Source: Nitrospirales bacterium (GTDB taxonomy: Bacteria > Nitrospirota > Nitrospiria > Nitrospirales > UBA8639). Taken from it: a DNA stretch of 64,000 bases. The translations under genes and the position numbers were made by a program. A model generated the notes under the pieces. The model made no database searches, was not told the origin of the DNA, and was given only the letters and a program-made list of their open reading frames with translations. Position 1 is the stretch's first letter. Every line of letters starts with the position of its first letter. Below, piece by piece: positions 10,192 to 21,330 of this stretch. The stretch lies in NCBI GenBank assembly GCA_963555755.3, contig OY820905.2, positions 4,545,745 through 4,609,744 on the forward strand. Direction: 5' to 3'.

Positions 10192-10662
10192 ATGGTGCGC
10201 GAGACGTTGTCACATGTGATTTGTGCGTGTGGATATCCTGCGAACGAGCGAGGACTACGATCCATGCCAGTTGCGACTATGGCCTTTCGTCGATGTGTGG
10301 TCAATTCCCCTGCCTACGGAAGCGATGAGGACCACGTGGGCTCGCGCGTTTTTTTTGACTTGCAGGTTGAAGATGAGGCGTATGCCAATGTGTGTGTTGA
10401 TGTTCGGCAGCTAGCGCGTGAGGGGACAGAGAATGAACCACTGTTGGTTTCGCATCCGGACGGCTATGATGGGCCCCTCAACTTTCAGGTGTTTCAGTGC
10501 CTGGTAGAATTTTATTATCGTCAAGCTGTAGGCACAAAATGGGGGATGTTGGGAAACACAGGCATTCGAATGCGGTTAGAAGATTGGGTCATTGAACACG
10601 AGATGCTCGTTCAGTTTGAATTGTATGATGATGAGGCAGGATGGGGCGCTTCCGTTCCTTAG
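10192..10662 (+). CDS. Hypothetical protein
   Basis: 156-aa ORF; start uncertain (ATG near 10264 possible). The stop TAG overlaps the MITE target site. Confidence 0.6.
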   Translation: MVRETLSHVICACGYPANERGLRSMPVATMAFRRCVVNSPAYGSDEDHVGSRVFFDLQVEDEAYANVCVDVRQLAREGTENEPLLVSHPDGYDGPLNFQVFQCLVEFYYRQAVGTKWGMLGNTGIRMRLEDWVIEHEMLVQFELYDDEAGWGASVP

Positions 10663-10821
10663 GGTTCGCGCAAGAATAACTTCCCCTGTTTGGGCGTCGG
10701 TCCATCCCGTCTGGCGGCGTTGCTTGTCCTTTCCATACCGAGGAGTATGTGCAGTCCTCGCGCCTTGCCCCGATCTCAAATCTGGGCCTCCCAATTGTAC
10801 CGGTTATTTCGTGACGGACCC
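10662..10821. mobile_element. Hybrid MITE: left end of family B joined to right end of family D
   Basis: GGGTTCGCGCAAGAATAAC...GTTATTTCGTGACGGACCC with TTA on both sides. The switch point is the shared TCGCGCCTTGCC at 10758-10769. Confidence 0.8.
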
Positions 10822-11439
10822 TTAGCTTCTGGATAGAGCCTCCTCAATACCAGTCACAATCTGTGGGGATAAGGGTTTGAGCCCTGGACGGTATCGAGCA
10901 ATGATGTTTCCTTGTCGATCGACTAAAAACTTTTGAAAATTCCATGTAATCTCGCCAGGGAAGGGACTGTCCTTTGTTAAATATTGATACAACGGATGGG
11001 TGTCCTCACCCTTCACACTGATTTTGGTAAACAACGGAAATTCTAACGCGTACTTCGTATAACAAAATGATTTGATCTCCTCGTTTGTCCCCGGTTCCTG
11101 TTTCCCGAAGTTGTTGGCTGGAAACGCGAGAATCTCTAATCCTTGTTCCTGGTATTGCTCGTACAATGTTTGCAATCCACCGTATTGCGGAGTGTTGCCA
11201 CACAGACTGGCGGTGTTGACGAGAAGCAGGACTTTGCCCTGAAAGCGTTGAAGGTCAACGGGATGGCCATCAATGTCATCCATGGTAAAGTTGTAGACGG
11301 GAGCCATGGTCGCTTGCGTGGCTTCTTTGACCCGGTCGGAGCTCGGTTCGAATGAATAACCCGGTTTACAACTGAGGGTGAGGCTCAGAAAGAGAATGGT
11401 GCCGAGGCCGAGTGCGAAGTGTCGTGAGGTGATATCCAT
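10822..11439 (-). CDS. Cys-type glutathione peroxidase with N-terminal signal peptide
   Basis: VNTASLCG, AFPANNFG.QEPG, ITWNFQKFLVDR. Confidence 0.93.
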   Translation of the reverse strand: MDITSRHFALGLGTILFLSLTLSCKPGYSFEPSSDRVKEATQATMAPVYNFTMDDIDGHPVDLQRFQGKVLLLVNTASLCGNTPQYGGLQTLYEQYQEQGLEILAFPANNFGKQEPGTNEEIKSFCYTKYALEFPLFTKISVKGEDTHPLYQYLTKDSPFPGEITWNFQKFLVDRQGNIIARYRPGLKPLSPQIVTGIEEALSRS

Positions 11440-11521
11440 GGGAGGGCTCCTTTTTTCTGTAGGGGGTTTGTCGATAACACTCAGTGGGTTGCTGTGCTTT
11501 CAATTGTGCCGCAACAACGAT

Positions 11522-12094
11522 TCACCAGTAATAGGGCCTTCCATAGGGGCCAAAGTAATAGGGATTCCAGTAATACGGGCCGTACCAATAGGGCTGATAT
11601 CGATACGGGTAATACCCATAGGGATAATTCACTGCTGTTGGCCAAATCTTAAGATGTTCAATAGTTATCGTAGGATAGGTGTAATCCATTTCATCCAAAG
11701 GTTCGGTTTGACTTCCTGAAACAGAGCCAACAATCGTGATGCGAGTGCCTTCAGGGACAATTGCGGGATCCAAAAAGGCCTGTTCTCTTGCCAAAAATCT
11801 TCCTTGGGACTGCATGCGATCCATGACCGGTTCATAGGAGTCTTCCAAGGGAAGCTGCAAAATCACAAGCCGTGTATGGTCTTTCATCCGTTTAGCCATT
11901 AAAACCTCTCCACCCAAAAAAAGAGTTGTGCCTTTGTAGGATTCCGGGGATTCCTTGATTTGTTCAAAAGTCAGGGACGGGTCCACTTTGGACAGCGTGT
12001 CTTGAGGGAACCAATCGTCGTGATAACTGGACGCACAACCAAGCAGGAGAGGAATACCGAAACTAACAAAGGCGCGAGTAAAGAGGGTTCGCAT
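11522..12094 (-). CDS. Slp family outer-membrane lipoprotein
   Basis: Lipobox LLGC; LGGEV, LQLPL, SQGRFLA, FLDPAI, ITIVG, YTYP; Tyr/Pro-rich tail. Confidence 0.88.
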   Translation of the reverse strand: MRTLFTRAFVSFGIPLLLGCASSYHDDWFPQDTLSKVDPSLTFEQIKESPESYKGTTLFLGGEVLMAKRMKDHTRLVILQLPLEDSYEPVMDRMQSQGRFLAREQAFLDPAIVPEGTRITIVGSVSGSQTEPLDEMDYTYPTITIEHLKIWPTAVNYPYGYYPYRYQPYWYGPYYWNPYYFGPYGRPYYW

Positions 12095-12158
12095 TCGGAG
12101 GGCTTACCTTATCCAAAGGTTATGCGTTATTGTACCCTCAAGGAAGAGGATTGCCAAT

Positions 12159-12932
12159 TTAGCCTAGTGATTTGAGTGAGAAACGAATGGGGAGGTCTAC
12201 CACGCTGCGAACGGCGAAGAGTCCGTCTTGGGCTGGGGTAAATTTCCATTTCTTGATGGCCCTGGCCGCGGCTTCATCTAATACGGAATAACCACAGCTT
12301 TCTCTGACTTTTACCGTTCCCGGACGGCCGTCTTGCAGAATTTCTACCCGCAGGAGGGTTTTGCCTTCCAATCCCATTACACGGGCAATTCTGGGGTATT
12401 GGGGAGTGGGATTAAATAGAATTTTCGGGGGTGTGGTTGCGGTGAGGGATTGTCCCGCCTGGTGGTCCACGAGGATGCGAGTGCTTGAGTGAGCCAGATC
12501 GCTTACGCGATTGACTCGAGATATCGGTTGAGCAAACTCTTCTGGAGTCAGTGCCGTGGACGCAACTTGAATAATCGAGTGGATGTGTCGATTGGTACCG
12601 ACTGTTACATGTCGGACCAGAGAAGAGAATGTATCAGCCGGACGAATCATATGAAACAAATTCGAAACAGCCACCGCCGGGGTCGAGGGTTTCTGAGAGG
12701 CAGCCACCGTGTCGGGTTGATGGGCTTTTGGGACGGTTGGTATCGGAGCGACCTGAGGCGTAACCGGCATCACGTCCACTAACCTCACGGATATCGGCGA
12801 GGAAGCAGAATCGGGGGGATGGGACCCAACGAGAACCGCGAGCGCCAAGAAACCTGCTAGATGGAGTGCCAGCGAGTAGGAACTGAACACCCAAAAGTGT
12901 TGGGATCTGTTTTTGCGAAAAGCCATGCTCAC
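12159..12932 (-). CDS. TonB family energy transducer
   Basis: N-terminal TM with SxxxH (SLALH); C-terminal PQYP..AR..GLEG...LDEAA..AIKKWKFTPA. Confidence 0.85.
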   Translation of the reverse strand: MSMAFRKNRSQHFWVFSSYSLALHLAGFLALAVLVGSHPPDSASSPISVRLVDVMPVTPQVAPIPTVPKAHQPDTVAASQKPSTPAVAVSNLFHMIRPADTFSSLVRHVTVGTNRHIHSIIQVASTALTPEEFAQPISRVNRVSDLAHSSTRILVDHQAGQSLTATTPPKILFNPTPQYPRIARVMGLEGKTLLRVEILQDGRPGTVKVRESCGYSVLDEAAARAIKKWKFTPAQDGLFAVRSVVDLPIRFSLKSLG

Positions 12933-13241
12933 ATGTCTTTAAGAAAGATGGGTCAAAAACGACCTCATTATAGAAAGTAAAGGATACAATGTGTGGGGCT
13001 TGTTCTTCAACCTTTTAAATCTCTTCAATTTATTGCTTTATACCTGTGTGGCCCCTGATCCTTATCATCGCAACAATGACAAAAGAAATTGAGAGGAAAT
13101 AATTGCCTAGGCAGAACTCAGGATAACGTGGTGGGTCCTGCCATACAATCAGCAGGGCTCGGAGGAATCTTTGGTCTGAGAAAACTTGCGCAACTCGCTA
13201 TAATAGAAGAAGGATGATGGGTCTTCTATTGCGGAGGAAAT

Positions 13242-15731
13242 ATGGAACCTGAATCAGAGAGCTCCAAACCTCAACCCAAGCATCGCGAACTCATGATGGC
13301 TACAGTTGCCAAGGTCATGGATCCGGTGTGTGGGATGATGGTCGATCCGCTTTCAGCTGCCGGGAAATTCGACCATGAGGGGACGACCTATTATTTCTGC
13401 AACCCCCGATGCGAAGAACGATTTCGTGGTGATCCCGATGGCTATCTAAGCGGGAAGTACAAGCAATCGATGGAGCAGGTTCCGGCAAAGCCTGGGACAA
13501 AATACATTTGCCCGATGTGTCCGGAAGTGGAATCGGATGTCCCGGCAACATGTCCGTCGTGTGGGATGGCCTTGGAACCGTCGGCTGTGGCCATGCCCTC
13601 GACCAAGACGGAATATGTGTGTCCCATGCATTTGGAAGTGGTCCAAGACCATCCGGGGGCCTGTCCCAAATGCGGAATGGCATTGGAGCCCCGAACCGTA
13701 ACGTTGGAAGAAACCAATGCTGAACTCGTGGATATGACCCACCGGTTCTGGATTGGGGTGGCGCTGGCGTTGCCAGTGTTTGTGTTGGCTATGTCGGATA
13801 TGATCCCAGGTCAACCGTTAAAAGAAATGCTGTCCGCCAGAATATCGAATTGGCTGCAATTCATCCTCGCCACGCCGGTGGTGGTTTGGGTCGGGTTACC
13901 GTTCTTTCAACGTGGGTGGGCCTCAGTCGTCAATCGTAGTCTCAACATGTTTACGCTTATTGCTATGGGTACGGGGACCGCCTATGTGTATAGTGTGGTT
14001 GCAACGGTGCTTCCCGGTATGTTTCCCGAATCATTCCGTACTCTGAGCGGCGAGGTGCCCGTGTATTTTGAAGCCGCTGCGGTTATCATTGTGTTGGTCG
14101 CGCTGGGTCAAGTATTAGAAATTCGGGCACGCAGTCAGACGACGAGTGCGCTTAAAGCGCTGCTTGGCTTAGCGCCAAAAACCGCCCGTATCGTTTGGCG
14201 TAATGGAAAGGAAGAAGATATTCCCCTAGAGAAAGTCACAGTCGGCGATCGATTGCGCATTCGACCTGGAGAAAAAGTGCCGGTTGATGGGGAGGTGCTG
14301 GAAGGTTCAACATCGATCGATGAATCGATGGTGACGGGTGAGCCGATCCCGGTCGAAAAACACAGGGGCAGTTGGGTGACTGGAGGGACCATCAATGGCA
14401 CGGGTACCGTGTTGATGGAAGCCAAGCGCGTTGGGCAAGAGACCATGCTGGCGCGGATCGTTCAGATGGTGAGCGAGGCTCAACGCAGTCGTGCGCCTAT
14501 TCAGCGGGTGGCGGATGTGGTCGCTGGTTACTTTGTTCCAGTCGTCGTGTTGGTGGCGGCTGTGGCTTTTGGTGTATGGGCAACAATTGGACCGGAGCCA
14601 AAGTTGGCCTATGCCTTGGTGAATGCGGTGGCAGTGCTCATCATTGCCTGCCCCTGTGCGTTAGGGTTGGCCACACCCATGTCGATTATGGTGGGTACTG
14701 GGCGAGGCGCCAGCGCCGGCGTGCTCATTAAAAATGCCGAAACTCTAGAACGATTGGAAAAGGTAGACATCTTAGTGGTGGATAAAACCGGGACGTTAAC
14801 CGAAGGCAAACCCGTACTTCAGTCGATCGTGCCCACCGCAGATTTCAGCGAGACAGCCGTGCTTCAATTGGCTGCCAGCGTGGAGCGCATCAGTGAGCAT
14901 CCCTTAGCGTCAGCCATCGTGACGGGGGCAAGGGAGCAGGGGCTTGTGCTCAGTGCGGTGGAAGAATTTCGTTCGCAAACAGGTGAAGGAGTCGAAGGGA
15001 AAGTTGATGGGAAAATCGTGGCGTTGGGTAATCGGCTGTTTCTCGAACGCGATATGGGTGTGCCATCGAAGGAATTAATGGAACTCAATAAGCAAAGTGA
15101 GTCGTTACGAAAAAAAGGGCAGACCGTGGTATTCGTAGCCGTCGATGGGCAACCAGCGGGTGTCATCGGTGTGGTTGATCCAATTAAAGCGACCACTGCG
15201 GAAGCGATCCGTTCCCTTAAACGTGATGGCCTCAAAATCGTGATGGTGACGGGTGACAATCGGCAGACCGCCGAAGCCGTGGGTCAGCAACTTGGGTTGA
15301 AACAGATTCAGGCGGAAGTGTTGCCTGAACACAAGCATCAGATCGTGAAGCAATTACAAAAAAAAGGGCATGTGGTGGCCATGGCCGGGGATGGCATCAA
15401 TGATGCGCCAGCTCTCGCTGAGGCTGATGTGGGAATTGCCATGGGAACAGGTACCGACGTGGCCATCGAAAGCGCAGGCGTCACCTTAGTCAAAGGGGAC
15501 CTTCGTGGTGTCGCCCGCGCCCGCAACCTGAGCAAAGCTACCATGGCGAACATTCGTCAAAATCTTTTCTTCGCCTTCTTCTATAACCTCCTCGGCATAC
15601 CTGTTGCCGCGGGTATCCTGTATCCCTTCTTTGGAATTTTGCTGACCCCGATTATTGCCAGCGTGGCCATGACCTTCAGCTCGGTATCAGTCATCACGAA
15701 TGCGCTGCGGTTGCGAAGAGTTCATCTGTAA
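13242..15731 (+). CDS. copA: P1B-1 Cu(I)/Ag(I)-exporting ATPase with YHS domain and two CPMx metal-binding repeats
   Basis: DPVCGM YHS domain, two YxCPM...CPxCGMALEP repeats, [30 protein letters not shown] and MxxSS. Confidence 0.93.
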   Translation: MEPESESSKPQPKHRELMMATVAKVMDPVCGMMVDPLSAAGKFDHEGTTYYFCNPRCEERFRGDPDGYLSGKYKQSMEQVPAKPGTKYICPMCPEVESDVPATCPSCGMALEPSAVAMPSTKTEYVCPMHLEVVQDHPGACPKCGMALEPRTVTLEETNAELVDMTHRFWIGVALALPVFVLAMSDMIPGQPLKEMLSARISNWLQFILATPVVVWVGLPFFQRGWASVVNRSLNMFTLIAMGTGTAYVYSVVATVLPGMFPESFRTLSGEVPVYFEAAAVIIVLVALGQVLEIRARSQTTSALKALLGLAPKTARIVWRNGKEEDIPLEKVTVGDRLRIRPGEKVPVDGEVLEGSTSIDESMVTGEPIPVEKHRGSWVTGGTINGTGTVLMEAKRVGQETMLARIVQMVSEAQRSRAPIQRVADVVAGYFVPVVVLVAAVAFGVWATIGPEPKLAYALVNAVAVLIIACPCALGLATPMSIMVGTGRGASAGVLIKNAETLERLEKVDILVVDKTGTLTEGKPVLQSIVPTADFSETAVLQLAASVERISEHPLASAIVTGAREQGLVLSAVEEFRSQTGEGVEGKVDGKIVALGNRLFLERDMGVPSKELMELNKQSESLRKKGQTVVFVAVDGQPAGVIGVVDPIKATTAEAIRSLKRDGLKIVMVTGDNRQTAEAVGQQLGLKQIQAEVLPEHKHQIVKQLQKKGHVVAMAGDGINDAPALAEADVGIAMGTGTDVAIESAGVTLVKGDLRGVARARNLSKATMANIRQNLFFAFFYNLLGIPVAAGILYPFFGILLTPIIASVAMTFSSVSVITNALRLRRVHL

Positions 15732-15784
15732 CCTGGTGCTGAGGAGTTTGCAAATTACCAGAATGCTGAAGATTCTTTTATTGA

Positions 15785-16274
15785 ACCTAGAATCGGCAGT
15801 TGGATCACAAAAGTCCGCGCAAGCTATTGGCGCACCTAGGAGCCTGTCCAAGATTAGACAGATCTACTGCGGGTGCGCTGGGTTTGGCCAGATCTTTCGA
15901 TCCTTTTCGTTAAATAGTCACCACTATTCGCCTCAAACGATCGAAACATCTGACTCAAACCAGACCCCCCTCGTCACGATCGCTAATCTCGGACAGGCTC
16001 CTCACAAAATACAAAAATATCTTATCACCACGGAGGGTTCGCGCAAGAATACCTTCCCCGGTTTGGGTGCTGAGACACCTGTCTGGCAAGGCGCGAGGAC
16101 TGCGCATACTCCTCGTATGGAAAGGACGAGCAACGCCGCCAGAAAGGATGGATCGACGCCCAAACCGGGGAAGGTATTCTTGCGCGAACCCTAAGGTGAC
16201 CACGACTTTGTGTATTTCACCAGGCACACCAATTTCTTACACGTCTTTTTTGCGCCCAACTGCCGTTTCTAGGT
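15785..16274. mobile_element. Composite MITE A containing C (15840-16000) and B (16035-16191)
   Basis: A TIRs ACCTAGAA.CGGCAGTTGG / CCAACTGCCGTTTCTAGGT with TGA duplication; C TIR GAGCCTGTCC; B TIR GGGTTCGCGCAAGAATA. Confidence 0.88.
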
Positions 16275-16340
16275 TGAAAAGATAGATGCCGTTTTTGCGG
16301 GAATAATGCCCAGGGTTTTCATAGTGTTCCCCAAAGAGCC

Positions 16341-16622
16341 TTGATGAACAATCTTCCTCGTATTGAAATCGAATATTGCACGCAATGTCGGTGGCTATTG
16401 CGGGCGGCATGGATGGCGCAGGAGTTGTTGACGACGTTTGAGGAAGAGCTGGGTGAAGTGGCGTTGATTCCTGGGACCGGTGGGGTGTTTAACGTTCGTG
16501 TAAAAGAAAAATCGGTTTGGTCGCGGGAGCAGCAAGGGCGGTTCCCAGAGGTCAAAGAACTGAAACAATTAGTCCGGGATGTTATTGCCCCTGGAAAAGA
16601 TCTTGGGCATTCGGAACGATAG
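16341..16622 (+). CDS. Rdx (SelT/SelW/SelH) family protein, Cys form
   Basis: IEYCTQCRWLLRAAWMAQELLTTF...GGVF...FPEVKELKQLVRD...LGH. Confidence 0.92.
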   Translation: MMNNLPRIEIEYCTQCRWLLRAAWMAQELLTTFEEELGEVALIPGTGGVFNVRVKEKSVWSREQQGRFPEVKELKQLVRDVIAPGKDLGHSER

Positions 16623-16666
16623 AGAGGATAGCCGATGGGCTATTTATCGTAAGAAAAATGCCTGGT

Positions 16667-16861
16667 CTATTCAAAAAGCGGAGCTTGCGGTCCGACATGG
16701 AGACCAGCCAAATCAGGATCTTCTCCTTCTAGGGTCTGAGGTCGGTCCTCTGCATTTTGGACTTTTTTAAAGGCCTTTCGTTCTAGCTTATCTTTTTGTT
16801 TCATTTGCAAGGCTCGTTCCCTATTACGCTTGGCCGTCGTGGTTTTCGATGGTTTTCCCAT
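16667..16861 (-). CDS. Small basic conserved hypothetical protein
   Basis: KRNRERA...K.ERK...EDPDLAG...GPQ pattern; GGAGG RBS immediately upstream. Confidence 0.7.
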   Translation of the reverse strand: MGKPSKTTTAKRNRERALQMKQKDKLERKAFKKVQNAEDRPQTLEGEDPDLAGLHVGPQAPLFE

Positions 16862-17204
16862 ATCCCTCCGTCGTGTTGTTTCCCTAATTGACGTTGTGAC
16901 TGGATGGTGTCATTACCCGGAGCCACAACATGACAAGAAAAATGTTTATTATTGATCGTGAATGTGATCGTGAATGTGCTGGGTAAGAAAATAACATCGG
17001 GTGGGTGGCCTGTCAAATGGGGTTGGAGTGGCCCTTTGTAGTCGGTGTTAAGGCTTGGGGTGCTTGGAAAATACGAACATATTACCCAATTGACAAAGTT
17101 CGGTTATCGGAATAAGCAGAATCATTGGTATATTGGTCTTGGACACGGATTGTCCCACTGGCCTGTTTCTGTCTTGGGAAGATGAACAATTGGAGGTGAT
17201 TGCC

Positions 17205-17378
17205 ATGGACGGAATAAAAACAATTTTAATGGTGATGGTTTTGGTCCTACTTGCGTGTTCTCCAGAAATTGGGAGTAAGGCGTGGTGTGAGAGTATGAAG
17301 GATAAATCCAAAGGGGATTGGACTGCCACCGAAGTCAAGGATTTTGCCAAACACTGTTTGTTGGACCTTGGAGAATAA
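17205..17378 (+). CDS. DUF3012-like small lipoprotein
   Basis: GGAGG RBS at 17192, lipobox LLAC, then SPEIGSKAWCESMKDKSKGDWTA.E...FAKHC. Confidence 0.8.
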   Translation: MDGIKTILMVMVLVLLACSPEIGSKAWCESMKDKSKGDWTATEVKDFAKHCLLDLGE

Positions 17379-17679
17379 ACCAGGGCTGATTTTCGAGAAA
17401 CAGGAGTCCTTCTCATCGGTGAGGAAATGCATGTTTCTTCCGCTCTTCCTTTCTTAAGGGTTGTATTGAGTGCACCAACCCGTTTTCTCCATTTTTTTAC
17501 CTCCCACCTCATTTAATACACTCCTATATCTTAAGCGAGACATTCTGATCTTTGGAGACCTGTATGATTCCTTGTCCAAAATATAATTTTTCTTAGTTGT
17601 GCCTTTCGGGAACCATGGGTGGCCGTCCGCAGTGAGTGTATCTGTCCTTCTCAATTTTCGAGGAAAGGAGGGAGGCAAG

Positions 17680-18117
17680 CTAATCTAAAAAATGAAGGTT
17701 GGCTCGTCGCCGAAGGTGATACCGGTCTAAGGCACGAACCATGTGGCCTAAAATTTGATGGGAAGGTTTCCCGTCTTTTGTTTGAAGTTTTTGAAAGAGG
17801 ACCCCGACCTTTCCAGTTATTGGGGAGGTGACCGACCCATGTTGAAAATGTTGAATGACTCCTGTTGCCCAAACTATTTTTTTATCTAGTATCAGTTTCA
17901 GGTGAATTTCTCTTCCCAAGGACAAGAGGTTCGTTCTCCACTCCGGCATTTCCAATAGGGACCCTTCCAAGCTTAAATTGTCAATGGTGACGGCCCAGTA
18001 TTGTCCTCCCTCAATTTCCAAAATGCCTTCAACTAAGGGAAATGCTTTAACATCCTGCAATCGTAGGGACGCTCGACGATCAGCGTGTTGAGGGTGAGAC
18101 GATTGTGATTGATTCAT
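17680..18117 (-). CDS. PilZ domain protein
   Basis: RRASLR (RxxxR) and NLSLEG (NxSxxG) c-di-GMP-binding motifs. Confidence 0.7.
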   Translation of the reverse strand: MNQSQSSHPQHADRRASLRLQDVKAFPLVEGILEIEGGQYWAVTIDNLSLEGSLLEMPEWRTNLLSLGREIHLKLILDKKIVWATGVIQHFQHGSVTSPITGKVGVLFQKLQTKDGKPSHQILGHMVRALDRYHLRRRANLHFLD

Positions 18118-18374
18118 GGGGCAACAGAAATTTGAATTAAGTAAACCCTAGAAGTCAAATGTCGTCAGAGATTTTTCGTTTCATGCATTATTGATGACAT
18201 TGCCTGATCTGTTCTTTGTATCGGTTGGATTAGTAGATGGCCAAAGCCGAGGATGCGAGGAAGATGGAAGCTTTATCGTTACAAGGATGGATGATGAATT
18301 GAATGAAAGGGATGAGGGCTAAATCTTCCTCAACGATGACGAAATGGACGAAACAGGGCTCATCTGATAGTTCA

Positions 18375-18538
18375 ACCTAGAAACGGCAGTTGGATCACAA
18401 AAGTCCGCGCAAGCCCTTGGCGCACCTGGCAAAATACAAAAAGGTCTCATCACCAGAGAGGTGACACGACTTTTTGTATTTCACCATGCACACCAATATC
18501 TTACACGTCTTTTTTGCGCCCAACTGCCGTTTCTAGGT
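18375..18538. mobile_element. Empty (unnested) MITE A, 164 bp
   Basis: Perfect TIR ACCTAGAAACGGCAGTTGG with TCA duplication. Appears identical to the inverted copy at 30854-31017. Confidence 0.9.
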
Positions 18539-19252
18539 TCAATGGACGATCACATGGCTGTCCCGATATTCCACCCGAGAAATAGCTAAGGGCTCTAAAA
18601 GCCTAGTTCGAATGGGCCCTGTTGAAAGTCTTTCCGGGTATTTGGTATTCACATTTCTTTTTGTTTTCCTTATTTTGTGGTTTCTTGGGTGTCCGCCTTC
18701 CGTATTCTTCCCCTCAGCCTGTCGGTGTAGGAGTCTATCGTTTGTCCGAGTTTTTTATCATTAAATACCCGTCACCTCACTTTTTCCATCACCATCGTCC
18801 ATAACTGTCAGAATGTTTTTTGAGGTTCTGCGTTTGAGGTGGCTCGCTGGGCTCTCCTGCAATCTTACCCCTTTGAATTAGGATAGTGTGGATGGGGTGT
18901 TGACGGTGGAAACCATTCTGGTCGTCTGAACATGGATCGCCAAATGAATTAACCGTTTAGCCAGATTAACCCTAACAGTTGTACCTATGTGGCCAATTTC
19001 ATCTTGAGATGGTAAGGAGGAACACAGGAGGAGTGTTATGAGGGTACCGTCAATCTTTCGGAACTGCCTGCTCGCGGGTTCATTCATAGCATTGTGTGCT
19101 ACGACTAGCTGGGCGGTGCCGGTAAAATTACCATTGAACCCAGTGGAAACATGGGTGGATTCGGTTATAGCGTCATTCACAGGGCGAGTCATGGATCGGG
19201 GGGCCATCCCGGTTATTACATTGGGTGGAGCCTTTTGTATGACAACATTATT

Positions 19253-19382
19253 GGGATGGATCGACGCCCAAACAGGGGAAGTTATTTTTGCGCGAACCCT
19301 AAGGTGACCACGACTTTTTTTATTTCACCATGCACACCAATATCTTATACATCTTTTTTGCGCCCAACTGCCGTTTCTAGGT
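19253..19382. mobile_element. Left-truncated A[B] composite MITE
   Basis: Right end of B (to 19299) followed by the right arm and TIR of A. Confidence 0.8.
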
Positions 19383-19422
19383 TCAATATCACGAGTGGGT
19401 CCTTAGTTCAGCAGCCGAATGG

Positions 19423-20860
19423 GAGTCAAGCCCAAAGTTAGTTGAAATTCTCCACGGCTCCGAGGTTCATATTAGGCAACCTTCTTCATCGAGGTCTTCC
19501 CAATGTTTAACTCTTGTTGCAGTGCCTCACGCAAGCGTGGCAAGTGCCGATAGCCCTTGACTCTGCGGAGCCGTGGCTCGATATCCAGCAACGCCGCGGC
19601 CAACCACCGCTGCCGCTGATTCGAGTTCGTCCAGCGATCCACCTTGGCACACCGCTCTTCCACCAAGGCATTGATGGATTCCAGACAATTCGTCGTTTTG
19701 AAGGACAGACCTACCAGAGCAAACACCCCCAGCCGATGCAACGTCAACGTGTCCTCTAGACCTTCCGCCAAACTCCGAGCCGCCGATTGGTTGCGGTCCT
19801 CCAGTTCCGTCTGCAGGTGCGTGAGTGCGGCTCTCGCTTCCGCATAGGTCGGGCGCTGATACGCCCGTTGAAGCCGGCGTCGCCACGTGGCCTGGTCGCC
19901 TTTCGGTACATGGCTGACGACATTCTCCCGTTTGTGCCACTGGCACCGCTGCCCCAGGGCTGAGTGGCCAAAGGCGTGGCGCACGGCCGCTCGCAGGCCT
20001 TTGCCCCCATCAATGCTGACCACCAACCCCTGGGAACTGGTGAGGCCGCGCTCCCCCAACTCCTGAAGAAAGGGCGTGAGGCCTTGCTCATTTTCCGTTC
20101 CCGTTTCCACAAACCCCAGGACGTGTTTCTCGCCCGTGAGCGTGATCCCGATCGCCACGACCCTCGTCATGTCGGCAACGGTCTTGCCATCGAGAAAGAT
20201 GGCGACGATGTCTCGCTCACGGCGGTCGCGTTCCTGCAGTCCCTTGAGTGGCTTGGCGCTGGCATCCGTAAAACTCCGCGACACCGTCGCGCTTGACAAG
20301 CCAATCGCCCCAGGGACTGCGGCCGCCGCCGCCTCATAGTTCCGGCAGGAAATCCCATACAGCACGCGTTTGAGCCGGACCTCATCCAGCTTACCTGTCC
20401 CACGGAGGTGGGTCAGGCGCTGTAAGGCCATTTCGCCACCCCCCACGTACTGAACGCGAGGAATCGGCAACGGATGCCGTTGCCCCGCCAGCCGGACACT
20501 CCCGGGATTACTCCCATGCCGGCGGCCAGGCAGCCGAGCCCCCTTCCGTTCATCCCGGGCCCCGGCCACCGCACACACTTCGTCCTCTAAGAGCTCCTGA
20601 ATCCGCATCAGACCCAAGGGGATGAGGGCCTGAATACATTCCACCTTGCTGTTCACATCGAAGGCCTCATACTGCTCGGGCCGAATCACCCGCACGGCCC
20701 CCAAGCGGCGCGTCTTCTTGCTTCTCGTTGTCGTTTTCGCAATACTGCGCATGAAGTGGCTCCTTTTTTTCTGTTGCTGAGATGTCGATTCTTCGTCGAA
20801 CGCCATCTCACCACAGGTGGGGGAGCCGCTTCAAATTTCAACTAACATTAGCACACACTC
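19423..20860 (-). mobile_element. IS256-family insertion sequence
   Basis: Imperfect ~39-bp TIRs (GAGT...GTTAGTTGAAATT...CGGCTCC). Direct repeat CCGAATGG at 19415-19422 and 20861-20868. Confidence 0.9.
19472..20752 (-). CDS. IS256/Mutator-type DDE transposase
   Basis: FLDG, SIDG, QRCQWHK, TTNCLESIN. ATG at 20752 follows AAGGAG; the ORF is open to 20806. Confidence 0.9.
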   Translation of the reverse strand: MRSIAKTTTRSKKTRRLGAVRVIRPEQYEAFDVNSKVECIQALIPLGLMRIQELLEDEVCAVAGARDERKGARLPGRRHGSNPGSVRLAGQRHPLPIPRVQYVGGGEMALQRLTHLRGTGKLDEVRLKRVLYGISCRNYEAAAAAVPGAIGLSSATVSRSFTDASAKPLKGLQERDRRERDIVAIFLDGKTVADMTRVVAIGITLTGEKHVLGFVETGTENEQGLTPFLQELGERGLTSSQGLVVSIDGGKGLRAAVRHAFGHSALGQRCQWHKRENVVSHVPKGDQATWRRRLQRAYQRPTYAEARAALTHLQTELEDRNQSAARSLAEGLEDTLTLHRLGVFALVGLSFKTTNCLESINALVEERCAKVDRWTNSNQRQRWLAAALLDIEPRLRRVKGYRHLPRLREALQQELNIGKTSMKKVA

Positions 20861-21330
20861 CCGAATGGGTTTGTTGATGGTGAGGTCAATTATATCCTGA
20901 CGAGTGGACCTTCCGCCGGTTCTGGGACGTTTTATTTTGATGCGATTAATTTTATGAATAACAGCACTGGGCCCAACCGTCTTTCTGAAACGTCGTTGAT
21001 GATCTGGGCCAACAATTGGGATACAGAGGGTTCTGAATCGGGACCCTCTTATGGTGCTTTGGGGGTTAATCTGAAAGGGAGTCTGCAAGCAATACCCGAA
21101 TCCAGTACAGTGCTTTTGATCGGCACTGGCCTTGCCGGATTGATTGGGTAACGGTACCGGAAATCTTAGGGATAACCATCTCGCTGGGTCTCATGCGCAC
21201 AAACAGTTCGAGCCTCATTCCTCAGGCAGTGGAGTTCGATTTTTTTTTGCGTAGACGAAAGGCAGGAGATGAGGGACAATGCATGGAGAGTATGTGAAAT
21301 GCGTACAAAAAAAGCATTGGGGACATTGGC

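Larger units (their letters stand above)
19038..21169 (+). pseudogene. PEP-CTERM sorting-domain protein disrupted by a frameshift, a MITE, IS256 and a premature stop
   Basis: AGGAGG RBS and signal peptide ...TTSWA|VP. Removing IS256 rejoins QQPNG|FVDGEVNY in frame to IPESSTVLLIGTGLAGLIG*RYRKS*. Confidence 0.8.

Noticed and set aside
16341..16622. Selenocysteine in the SelW-like protein or in the peroxidase at 10822-11439
   Set aside because: Both have Cys codons at the active site and no in-frame TGA.
16953..16978. Short direct repeat TGATCGTGAATG x2
   Set aside because: Only two copies with no supporting context.
19423..20860. IS256 (or the IS4 at 53445) as the mobiliser of the MITEs
   Set aside because: Their termini and 8/10-bp duplications match none of the MITE ends or their 3-4 bp duplications.
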